Notes under the pieces: generated by a model
The model's input: the letters and a program-made list of their open reading frames with translations, nothing else
Told to the model about the DNA's origin: nothing
Databases searched by the model: none
Translations under genes and position numbers: made by a program
In this document: positions 47,417 through 64,000 of the stretch, in pieces
How the letters are laid out: each line of letters opens with the position of its first letter
Position numbering within the stretch: the first letter of the stretch is position 1
Assembly (NCBI GenBank): GCA_905178155.1
Contig: CAJINV010000015.1
Coordinates: 1,734,423-1,798,422 of the forward strand
DNA length: 64,000 nt
Reading direction: 5' to 3'
From: Amoebophrya sp. A120
Lineage: Eukaryota > Protista > Dinoflagellata

Positions 47417-50400
47417 ATGCCTCCGAAGAAGCAGCAAACTCCGGCGTCGAACAAGCGCGGCTCCGCCGCCGCAAGTTCATCGTCCACCGCGATCAACCAG
47501 CCCCCGACGAAGAAGCAGAAGCAACAGGAGGTGAATTACCGCATCGAGAAGATCGAGCGGGTATCAAATGTAAAAATGTCTGGGTCTGGAAGATTCTGAC
47601 ACTTGTCATGCACGTTCTGCATGAGCCATGATGTCTGTGATGCATACCCTAGCAATGCAGATTTTTTGAGGGCTTCTTGATGCGTATTCCGCATGACAAA
47701 TGCCTTCTCAGCGTAGCAAAAATTGTATTTCCTTTGGTACTCATGCAATACAGATTTTTTTGGAAACCAAATGCAGCATCACAAGTTGCATTCTTCCAGA
47801 CCCAGACATTTTTACATTTGATAGCGGGTGCTGCAGAAATCCGAGGACGAGTTGATCAAAACGATGCTGCAGGAATGCTGCTATGGATGTGTCAGAGTTG
47901 AAATCGAGAAAGTTGAAATAATTTGTCATGCATAAAATGGATGCCAGTTGGAACCTAGTTTCCAAGTGGCGCATGACAAATTTCGGTGGTCCCTAAATCC
48001 AGTTTGTCATGCTGTTTAGGCAAAGAAGAGCGATTTTCTCATGCTACTTTAGCAGCTCGAGCTGTAACCCCAACCAGGCTGACAATCGGCCTCATTTGCC
48101 TGCTCTGCAACACACGTACCTCGGGCCATGCATTTTATGCATTACAAAGTATTTCAACTTTGACGATTTCAAACCTGACGCTTCCATAGCTGCAAGGACG
48201 CGTTTATCGGTGCGAATCAGGACATGGAGCAAATGCTGCAGCACGTGGCTGCGGGGGGAACTGCAAGTGGTGGGAGCAGCAGTTCATCCTCCTCCAGTGC
48301 GGCTCCAGGTTCATCTCTGAACCTCCGGTCTTCCTCCATTGCTTCCCAAAAATACGGCTCGCACGGCAGGAATTTCGAGTACGAAACGCTGCAACTGATC
48401 TACAATGCGATCAACGATTTGAAGACGAAGGCAACGATTCGGAAGGAAGACGCGGAGTCGCTCCGGTCCACTCAGAATTTGGAGAAGGACGACGTGAAAC
48501 ACAAACTCGAGCTCCTCGTATGGAATGCAAATATGTCTGGGTCTGGAAGAATGCACATTTGTCATGCTTGTCTGGCATGAATCTTGAATCTGTGATGCAT
48601 GAGCAGGAAAAGGGCCTATTGCCTGTCACGCAAAAACGCAGTTTGTCATGCGGCAAACGCAACACTAAGCAGCGCAGACCTTTCTCATGCAAAGCTATGC
48701 ATTCCAGAGCATAATTCACTATTCCCAACCAAGCATTACAAGTTTTCAGACCCCAACATATTTGCAGTTCATACCTGGCGGTGCAGTCCAACTTGAAAAA
48801 GGAAGACTTGAAGGCCGCCCTGAAATACGAGGCGGAGAACAAGTATGGATGTGTCAGGATCGAAATCGACAAAATCGAAAAATTTGTGATGCGTAAAATG
48901 TAGAGCACTGAAGGCCTGTATTGGGGAGCAGGCATATGAGACCGATTGTAAGCCTGTTTAGGGGTATGCAATGCGCTGGCAGAGTAGCATGACAGGAGCA
49001 GTCTTCTTGCCCAAACAGCATGACAGACTGGATTTTGGTGCTCCCGAAATTTGTCATGCGCCACTTGAAAGCTGAGGCTCCAACTGACATCGATTCTGTG
49101 CATCACAAATTTTTCGATTTTGTCAATTTCGATTCTGGCACTCCCATAACAAGGAAAAGAGGAAAAAAATGACGAACGAAGCGAAGAAAGCGGAGAAGCA
49201 GGTGGGGGTCGAAACCGGGAAATTGCAGGAACTGAAGGATTATGCGGTGCAAAAGTATCGTATTCGTATATATGCAAGTCTTGCATTACAAATCTTTCTT
49301 TTAAGGTAAATCAGCGTTACAAATTTCATTTCTCATGCTGAGAAAATTTGTAATGCATTTATACGAATACGATACTTTTGCAGTTCATAAGGATGAAATC
49401 GAAAATTGCAGGAAGGAGTATTTGGAATTCCGCAGCATGATGACGGTCGGACCGCTATCCTGAGTAAAAACGTACCCACACCAGAGTTGTAATGCAGATT
49501 TGCAAAGACAGGAAGACTTGTAATGCGCATCCCCATGAGAGCCATTTCCTGTCGTGTTTTGAAATTTGTGATGCTGTGAACAGGATGAGCAAATGAATCT
49601 GTGACGCGGCTGCACTGGCTAACCTGCACTACACTGCAGAGTGCAACTTGTCATGCGTGACTCACAAAACCCCTAGGTTTGTGTTGCAAAATCCCCATCC
49701 TAGTAACTCTGGCGTGGGTACGTTTTTACTCAGGATAACCGCAGAACGCTCCGAATCCCATTCCGGCAGCAGCTTCTTCTTCTTCTTCTTCGAAAAAGGC
49801 AGGAAACAAGAAGGAGGAAGAATCAAACCCTGCGCGGAAGATGGTCCACGCCTTCTTAAAGAAGCTGAAACTCGAAGACTCGCTCATGTCCGCCGCGCCG
49901 AAGGCTCTGGAAAAGAAACCGCACGACCGGTCGAAGTTCGAATCTGCGGCGATTGAGGCGGTCAAAGTGGAATACGAGACGCAATTCCTGCCGAAAATGC
50001 AGCAAGAAAGGGATTCTCAAAACGAGAAACTCCACGGCAGCCGAGCCGCCAGCGATGACTTGCAGAGTCAGGTATGGATTTTTGATGAAATTTGAATTTG
50101 TTCTATTTCGGTTTATAATTGTTTGAATTCGTAGTTTAGATTTCGAAGCGAATTTTCTTTTCGTTGTCCTGGTCATGCAGAAACGCATGAGAAACTAGAG
50201 CTCTCATGTAGAAGAATCGCATGAGAAATAGCTGCCGAACATAACAAATCAGCTCTCCTCACTCAATATGATCACCGAAACTGCGATCGAGCGGGTCCAG
50301 CAGTTGACTAAAGAAGCGGACGACATGGACGATATCGCGACGGATCTGGAGCAACGAGCCAAGGATTTGAAGAAATCCTTTTCGGACTCGGAGAAAAATT

Positions 50401-50474
50401 TGAACTCTGCGTTGTTGGACGTGCAGGAAGCGGAGGAAGCGCTGACGTTTTTGCGCGAGGTGATGAACTTGTGA
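47417..50474 (+). CDS. Hypothetical coiled-coil protein with basic N-terminus (MPPKK...PPTKKQK, NLS-like); 6 introner introns plus GT-AG intron 50072-50252
   Basis: Removing each element plus one DR gives a stop-free frame (ERVLQKSEDELIKTMLQECCKDAF...LAVQSNLKKEDLK...ELKDEIENCRKEY...TETAIERVQQL...VMNL*). Confidence 0.75.
47562..47823. mobile_element. Introner family A, opposite orientation to 28823
   Basis: DR gcggg/gcggg. Confidence 0.92.
47882..48188. mobile_element. Introner family I
   Basis: tatggatgtgtcag..ttgaaatcg / cgatttcaaacctgacgcttccata; DR gctgc/gctgc. Confidence 0.88.
48519..48773. mobile_element. Introner family A
   Basis: DR cctcg/cctgg. Confidence 0.9.
48844..49148. mobile_element. 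Introner family I, opposite orientation to 47882
   Basis: DR acaag/acaag; long TIR containing cgaaatcgacaaaatcgaaaaatttgtgatgc. Confidence 0.9.
49241..49389. mobile_element. Introner family B
   Basis: DR aggat/aggat. Confidence 0.92.
49456..49737. mobile_element. Introner family C
   Basis: DR accgc/accgc. Confidence 0.93.
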
Positions 50475-51767
50475 CGAACGAGGGATTTGCCTTTGTTTTT
50501 CGGATGTGGCCATTGCATGACAGGTAGTTTTGCCCTCTTGCATGTTCTGTTTTGATTCTCTCGAGAAGAAGTGTGATTTTCATTTTTCAGGGACAAGAAG
50601 TATGAATATTTTCAGCTTCTTGATGCGCTTTCGCTTGCCTGACAGGTATTTTTGTACAATAGCCGTCAAGTTGCAGTAGTTCTTTCTCAACCGACGTTTT
50701 TCTTTTTCCAATTGTAGTTATTCACTTTAACTTTTTCAGACTACCCACCAGAGAAAAAATTTTCCAGCACGCCTCAACCTTACAGTACACTAGAAGCCTA
50801 ACCACCTCGCTATCACTTGATCATCTTTTGCCAGTAGCCCTGGTCGTGCAACTTTATCGCCTTTCGTGTTTTATTTCACTCAGTATTATCGGGATCCCGT
50901 GGCCGTGCCCGTCAACATCAACACTTCGTAGAGCGAAGTGATCTGTTAAGCTACCCATCCAGTTGAAAGTGAGTTAGAAAATCCATACTGCAGGTAAGGT
51001 TTTTAACTAGGTATACCAGCCGAAATATATATGCACCTCTCTGCCCCGACAACAAGTTGGTAAATTCTCATAACTCGAAAAACATCGAAAACGCAAGCCA
51101 GCGTGATTCGCCGGCTAGAGCCAGCCTAGACGGCCTATTGCACCATTGTTCTTCGAAGTCCTCGCAGAAGAAAGTGTCTGGTGTGTTTCATGATTCAGAT
51201 CAGCCCGATCCGTTGTTTATGCCATCATGCCGTTTTCTCCGATACGGTAACAAGCATCTTCACAGTCTCACTACAAAGTTTCGGCTCGCCGAGCAGGTCA
51301 TGATGATTTCGATTCGGTTTCTGAACAAGTAGATCTTCGGTCCTTGTTTTTTCGAAGAGGAATCATGAGGTCGAGCAGGAGATTTATTACAATTGTGCTT
51401 GCGCGAACAAGGTGGGGGCGAGAGAATCAGGAGTTTTTTCCTTTTTTGAACATGTTGATGGGGATGACCCCCGAGAGGGTAGGGTGGTACTTAGTTATAG
51501 TTTGGTACTACTCGCAATTTTTACACGGACATGATGGTTTTCATCATGATCGATCTAGCGCATCATCATCACAACTTCGCAGTACACTTTTGCCCTGAAG
51601 ACCTTGCAGAAGCAGAAAGGCATTGCTGTACGTAAAGCACAAGCGCCGGGTCTTCATCACATCACACTCTAAAAAGCCTAAGCTTCCAACTGCTAGCTAA
51701 AAGGAGGACGAAGAGTGTGGATCAAGCAAAGTATAGAATTCTCGCAACGTCAAAAAGAAACCAAAAC

Positions 51768-58251
<6,484 letters not shown>

Positions 58252-59770
58252 TTGAAAGAGATGTTGATAGCAGTTTTATAGATTTATTTCGAAGTAGAAC
58301 CAGGAGTACTTGTACTAGCGCAGCGCCATTCTGATATAGGTGCGTACTTTTCATCGTCGAGAGAAATTTTCAGAGGACTAGTCGGTCTTCATCAAGTAGC
58401 TTTTGTGTTTTTCTTTGTCCGTATCACAACTCCAACTCACTAGCCTTGCAGTTCTTGTTTGGCAGTCCAACGAATATGAACCAATTTTCCAGACGAGGAA
58501 GGACTGACTCCACGTCATTCTCATCCGGAGTCCTCCCGTGTTGATGAGACTTTGCGCATTGATTATCCTCCTCCGATTTGCGAATTTTGTGATTCAGTCT
58601 GACGCGTTAGCGTTTTCCATTCACACTTGTCAAGATGAAATTGTAGATTGAACAGAGAATCTTGTTCGCGGTACTCTGCCTCTGGACGGTCCTCACATGA
58701 AGGAGCTATGCCTGCTGTGAGGCGAGTAGCACCAGCCTCCAATTCTGAGTGATATTGCTAAGGAGTGCACCTGCAAACGAGCGATGCTGGCGATTTGCTA
58801 CTACAGCCTGATATTAGATTATCGTATGTATTGAGGTCGTCACCGAACGGTTCTAATACAACACTAGTGTATGAAGTCATATGGAATTGGAGAGATAAGC
58901 GAGCAAAGGAAAAGGCTTTCGTTGTTCTTGAGCGTGAACACCCAGTCTGATGACGATGAGATCATTCTTCCTGTTCAACATTGCTTAAATGGAAATGTAG
59001 TAAGTACTCCACTCGTCTTCGCGGTCGCCTTACAAGCACGGAAGCAGTAAATTAAAACCGGGAAATGAGAGAACCAGCCGCCGCTCCCGCCGCATCCCTC
59101 CGGATCTTTCCTCGGATGTTGATAACCCCCGAGGAATACGAGCTGCGCGGACCAAACGTCGCGCGTGCTAAGTGTTTCTGAAGTAGAGAGCACTGGCGTG
59201 CGCGATGTGGGACCTCCCTGCCTTGCTACAAAGGGGCACAACAGGGATCCCAAAGGGACGGCAACACTTCTGCCGCTGCTTCCTTGCAACTTCGCAGTGC
59301 CGGAGGAATGGAGACCTTTCTAGTGTCTACCCGTAATTGCGTCTAACCTGAGATCAGATCCGACTGCTATTGCGTTTGTTTCTAGCCGCTGTAGTTGTTG
59401 CTGTTATTGCTATTGTTGCTGCCTTGCTCTGCTGTGTCTGAAAGGAAAGTAGAACGGCCAAGACGAGCAAGCCGCTGCTCCACTCTCCGGAGTGTGAGCG
59501 CGCGAAATCCCACGCTATTGCTAGGTGGGTTATCGACAACTGTATGCAGTGAAGTCTTCTATTTGTTTCACGGAATTTCTTCCGTGCAATTGATTTGCTT
59601 CGTTTTGCCGCGAATTTCCAAGGAAGACCCTCAGCGGCCGCGACTGTCTCGCGAGGTCAGTGCGGTCGCAGGACCTGCGGCTCCCCTGCCCCAGGGTCGC
59701 ACTGCGCGCGACGCCTGTCAGTCAGGGGCCGGCCCCCTGCTCTCAAGGCGCGCCGCGCCAGGGATAGGGC

Positions 59771-61934
59771 CCGCGCCGCCGGAGCCCACACCGGGACGCG
59801 CGGCGGCGTGTGCAGTCACGGGCCCGGTGGGCTTGTGGCCCCCCCGTTGCCGCCCCCCCCCGTGGCCCCCCCGCCCCGGGCCGTTTGGATTGAAAGAGGG
59901 ACCGTTGGGCGCCCGCTTGCGCCCCCGCCCTGCGTGCCCGCCATCCGTAAGCCAATGCGCCCGCGGCCCGGCTGGGGCCGTGTGGGTGTGCCATGTGCCG
60001 GCCGAGCTGTTGCGTTCAATGAATTGCAGACCACTGGCCTGGACTGTGATCGCCTGGACCTTCGGGCGCGCTTCCGCTTCTTGGCGCCGACGCCGCCCTG
60101 CGGCTGGGCTTGTTCTGATAGATTGTCTGGCGCCGCCGCCCACAAGAACGCCTGTAGTGAGTTCTATAAACATAAATATTATCTACCGGCGCTCCCGGCG
60201 CAGGCTGGCACAGCACTTCAGCCACAGCGCAACCACGCTGGCTGCCTGCTGCTCTTCAGTCGGTCTGTTCTGCTTTTGTTCCCGGGAGAGATGATAGAAA
60301 CAAAAGCTAAAAGCCGTGGCGGTACCTGCTCGCGCCACAAGCGGGCGAGCAGCAACGGCATCCAATTCTGAGTGGTATTTCTGAGCAGGAGCGCAGCTGC
60401 AAAGGAGCGATGGCGTGCTACAAGGAGCCTTATATTGTAAATTATAAATAATTGGAGAGATGTTGAGTCGGGACAGAAGTGAAGAAAAGTCTGCGCCGCG
60501 GTCGTTCTTGAGCACGTGCACTCAGGCAGATGGGGCCAGAATTCTTATTGTGGAACAACTTGCAAACGCAAATCCAAATCCAATTGCAAGTTGAAAACCT
60601 CGTCGTCGTCCCTGTGGTAAGCCTTCTATAAAAACACGAAGATCGCAACGACCATGGAACGCGACCCCCTGACTCTCCGCGGAACCGCGGAGCTCCAGCG
60701 CATGCGTATGCTGTTCTGAAGATGTTTTCGCTTCTGTGCTCCCACTAATAGCCTACGGGCCGTGCTGTGTGTGTCTGAGGATGGTGCTCAATGCAGTCGG
60801 ACAGGCCACGGTAGGTGGCCACTTATTTGCGAGCCGTTAGCAGGAAGGCCTGTTTTTGAAGAAGAATGAATGCGAAAACCAGAGAAAACAACTGCGCCCC
60901 GGCACCCATCCACTGACTTCCTGGGCCCCAGCGGAGGGGGGGCGTCTCGGGGTTGGCGAGGCAGCGCGGAGGCGATCCGTCCCCCACCGCGCCGCCGGAG
61001 CCCACGCCGGGACGCGTGGCGGCGCGTGCAGTCGCGGGCCCTGTGGGCGTGGGGCCGGCCCGCTGCCGCCCCCCCCCCCCGTGCCCCTTCCGGGGCCGTT
61101 TAGGTTGAAAGAGTGAGGGGCCGTCGGGCGCCCGCTTGTGCCCCCGCCCTGCCTGCCCGCCATCCGTAAGCCAACGCTCGCGCCCGCCCAGCTGGGGCCG
61201 CGTGGGTGTGTCATGTGTCGGCCGGCCTGTTGCGTTCAATGAATTGCGGACCGCCGGCCCGGACTATGGTTGTTTGGACTTTCGGACGCGCTTCCGCTTC
61301 TTGGCGCCGACACCGCCCTGCGGCTGGGCCTGTTCAGATAGATTGTCTTGTGCCGCCGTCCACAAGAACGCCTGTAGTGAGTTCTATAAACATAAATACT
61401 ATCTATCGGCGCTCCCGGCGCAGGCTGGCACAGCACGTCAGCCACGGCGCAACCACGCTGGCTGCCTGCTGCTCTTCAGTCGGTTTGTTCTGCTTTTGCT
61501 CCCGGGAGAGATGATAGAAACAAAAGCCAAAAGCCGTGGCGGCACCTGCTCGCTCCACAAGCGGGCGAGCAGCAACGGCTTCCAATTCTGACGAGTGGTA
61601 TTTCTGAGGAGCGCACCAGCTGCAAACGAGCGATGGCGTGCTACAAGGAGCCTTATATTGTAAATTATCATTACTCGTCATAACCACGAATAATGGGAGA
61701 GATGTTCTTGAGTCGTGACAGAAGTGAAGGAAAGTCTGCGCGGCCGTTCTTGAGCACGAACACACAGGCAGATGGGGCCAGAAGTCTTTATTGTTCAACA
61801 ACTACAACTTGCAAATCCAATTGCAAGTTGAAAACCTCGTCGTCGTTTCTGTGCGCCTGATATAAAAACACGAAGATCACAACGACCATGGAGCACGACC
61901 CCCTGATTCTCCGCGGGAACGCGGAGCTCCAGCG
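59771..61934 (+). repeat. Direct duplication of about 940 bp (59771-60700 and 60987-61934) covering a GC-rich block and the 5' end of the last gene
   Basis: Colinear high identity, e.g. cacaagaacgcctgtagtgagttctataaacataaata in both copies. Copy 1 ends in an aborted ATG segment at 60654-60700. Confidence 0.9.
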
Positions 61935-63580
61935 TCGGAAATCCCCGACCAAGGGGGACGCCGCGGCAAGGCAGAAACTAGAGGGAAGTTCCGGGGGCGC
62001 TTTTCGGGTGGACGACTTGCTCCAGTTTCTGTTTCCATATGGCGTTCTCAAACCTTACTACATTCTCAACTGTTACGTGATTTGTCATGCAAAATGAGCA
62101 CTAACATCGACACAATGAAGCTACCTAGCATGACAAATTTCCGAAAGGCTAAACATCGCCTAAAAAATCTGTGCGGGATTGGTAATCCAACAGGTGCAGC
62201 CTCCTTTCTTTGACTTTTGCCATTCTTGCAATACAAGTTCATGTAACAGCTGACAATGTAAAATTTGAAAACTCTATATTTCAGCGGTGCAGTTTATGCT
62301 CGGGTTGGGGCTGACAAGCTACCCCAGTGCGGAGTTACCCGCCGGAAAAAAACTACTACCCACCCTCGTCATCTTCCAACTTGGCATGCAAAACATGCAT
62401 AGACGAGTCCAGTGTTTGCGTTTGTCATGCAAGAAATGGATGAGGGTAGGCGGTTTTATTCTGTGGATACGCGTATGTGGTGTCGTACACGGTTGTCCTC
62501 GTCGCGTTATCCACTGCAAGTATGTCTGGTTCTGGAAACGTGTGATGGTGGTGGGAGTAGAGAGACGAGCATGCCAAAATTAGCTGCCAAGCATGTTGAC
62601 GACAAGTTGTGGAGATGTTTCGGCATAGGCCTTGTCTAATCTGCATGACAAACTCGGCTTCTACTGCATGACCGAAAAGTAAATTGCAGCAGTCGCTCTT
62701 GGTCGTTAACTTGCATGAAGACAAACATGAGAGTCATGCTCATACTAGCAGAGCATGACAAGAAACCTTGCATCTTTCCAGATGAGGATGACCCACCAGA
62801 CATATTTGCAATCCATACCCGCTGTTCTCGTTCGATATCATGTTCCTCTTGCTCATTCAGCAACAGTGGGTCAGGGAAATGTCGGTGTATCGTAACGAAA
62901 AATGTCCCCTCCCCATATCGAAAACGAAATTTGTGATGCCGTATTTGCGTACACAAATCGACTTGTAATGCTAGAAGGCCAAGAGACGCAGCCGTGGCGT
63001 CGTTTGCAGGCAATTTGTCATTCCGTTGGCCACTTCCGGCTGCCCCCTGTCATGCTGAAGATGCAAGGCTTTCCCACGCCAATCAGCACCACAGTCCGCA
63101 TCTTTTCCCATCTAGCATGACAAAGCTGACCACAAATCTGCATCACAAATTTCTAGTTTGAGTATGGGGTAGGGGGATTTTTCATTTTGATACGGTGCTC
63201 GCCCTGTTCTCCCTGCTCACTGGCATCGGGATCTATCATATGTAAAAGCGTCCCCACCCCAGAGTCAAGTTGGGATGAACTTAGCAACACAAATCCACAA
63301 GTTTTGGGACCCACGCATGACAAGTTACACTCCGTAGTGTAGTGCATGTTAGCAAGGACAACAGCATCACAAATCCATCTGCTTATCCTTTTTACAGCAT
63401 CACAAATTCCAGAGCACAATTGGAAATGCCTCTCAACATGGGGATGCGCATGACAAATCTTCCTGTGACTGCAAATCTGCATGACAGCTATGGGGTGGGG
63501 ACGTTTTTACTCAGGATAGGATCGGGTCGTTTTTTATCTACAGCAACTACTTCGTTTTCTACACGGGGTACGACGATCTG
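61888..63580 (+). CDS. 5' part of a multi-pass membrane protein continuing beyond the window; at least 6 introner introns
   Basis: Spliced frame: MEHDPLIL...LLQFLFPAVQFMLGLGLTSYPSAEYVVSYTVVLVALFSFDIMFLLLIQQQWVREMSVLALFSLLTGIGIGSFFIYSNYFVFYTGYDDL. Several hydrophobic helices and no stops. Confidence 0.7.
62038..62278. mobile_element. Introner family F
   Basis: DR ttcca/tttca. Confidence 0.85.
62336..62469. mobile_element. Introner family O, degenerate
   Basis: tacccgccggaaaaaaac..acccaccctcgtc / gatgagggtaggcggttttattctgtggata; DR ggagt/cgcgt. Confidence 0.6.
62508..62817. mobile_element. Introner family A, degenerate
   Basis: DR cgcgt/cccgc. Confidence 0.8.
62888..63192. mobile_element. 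Introner family D, inverted relative to 6430
   Basis: DR cggtg/cggtg. Confidence 0.9.
63234..63518. mobile_element. Introner family C
   Basis: DR ggatc/ggatc. Confidence 0.9.
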
Positions 63581-63800
63581 TATCAAGTGTAAAAATGTCT
63601 GGGTCTGGAAGAATGCAACTTGTCATGCTAAATCTGCAGCATGCAAAAATCTGTGTTGCATGATTGCCAAAAGTCCTCCAGTTTTGACCAAGTCGGGAGG
63701 GAGTTTCTCATGCAGGATAGGCATGAGAGAGATCGCGCAGAATCTGTCATGCTAGGTCCTGCACTCCAGACCTCGTGGGTCATGGAAAACCTGCATGGCA
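63581..63800. mobile_element. Introner family A, left end; interrupted at about 63800
   Basis: Left TIR intact. The family-A body is replaced by unrelated sequence before the right TIR. Confidence 0.75.
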
Positions 63801-64000
63801 CGCTGACACACCTTCGGCGGCCGGCCAGAAGTTCTTGTGGTCAGTGTACCTTAACGGAGTAAGTAAATAGAGTACGTAGTTAGATTGGGAGCGCGGCACA
63901 GGCTCTTTTACTCACTCTTTTCTTGTAATAGATGGCTGTAGATTGTGCTAGTTGAGGTGAGGTAGAGGGGAGTGTTTTTTTAAGTCTTGTTGACGAGTGT

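Noticed and set aside
48411-49286. 291-aa minus-strand ORF
   Set aside because: Runs antisense through several introners and exons of the + strand gene; a chance open frame.

Overview
Eukaryotic genomic DNA, most likely from a parasitic syndinian dinoflagellate of the Amoebophrya type. This is an inference from the intron architecture and the fully co-oriented genes. About 11 genes lie on the + strand: the last exon of an upstream gene, an acyl-CoA oxidase, two paralogous large secreted-type proteins, a papain-family cysteine protease, a glutathione S-transferase, a small coiled-coil ORF, two further paralogous signal-peptide/low-complexity proteins, a coiled-coil protein, a thiolase ending in the PTS1 signal AKL, and the 5' part of a membrane protein. 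The dominant structure is about 50 short (109-334 bp) MITE-like elements from roughly 14 terminal-inverted-repeat (TIR) families. Nearly all start TAT and end ATA, are flanked by 5-bp direct repeats (DRs) and share an internal TTGT(C/G/A)ATGC motif. Those in coding regions behave as non-GT-AG introns (introners) in either orientation: removing the element plus one DR restores conserved enzyme motifs. Mismatches between DR copies place the splice junction between DR bases 4 and 5. Several GT-AG introns look like decayed introners. A triplicated 3'UTR shows an empty site next to two independently filled sites. Other insertions include a 15-bp-TSD retro-like element and duplication-associated GC-rich inserts, one of which may create a new GT-AG intron in the thiolase. 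All gene models were assembled by eye from the sequence and have no transcript support.
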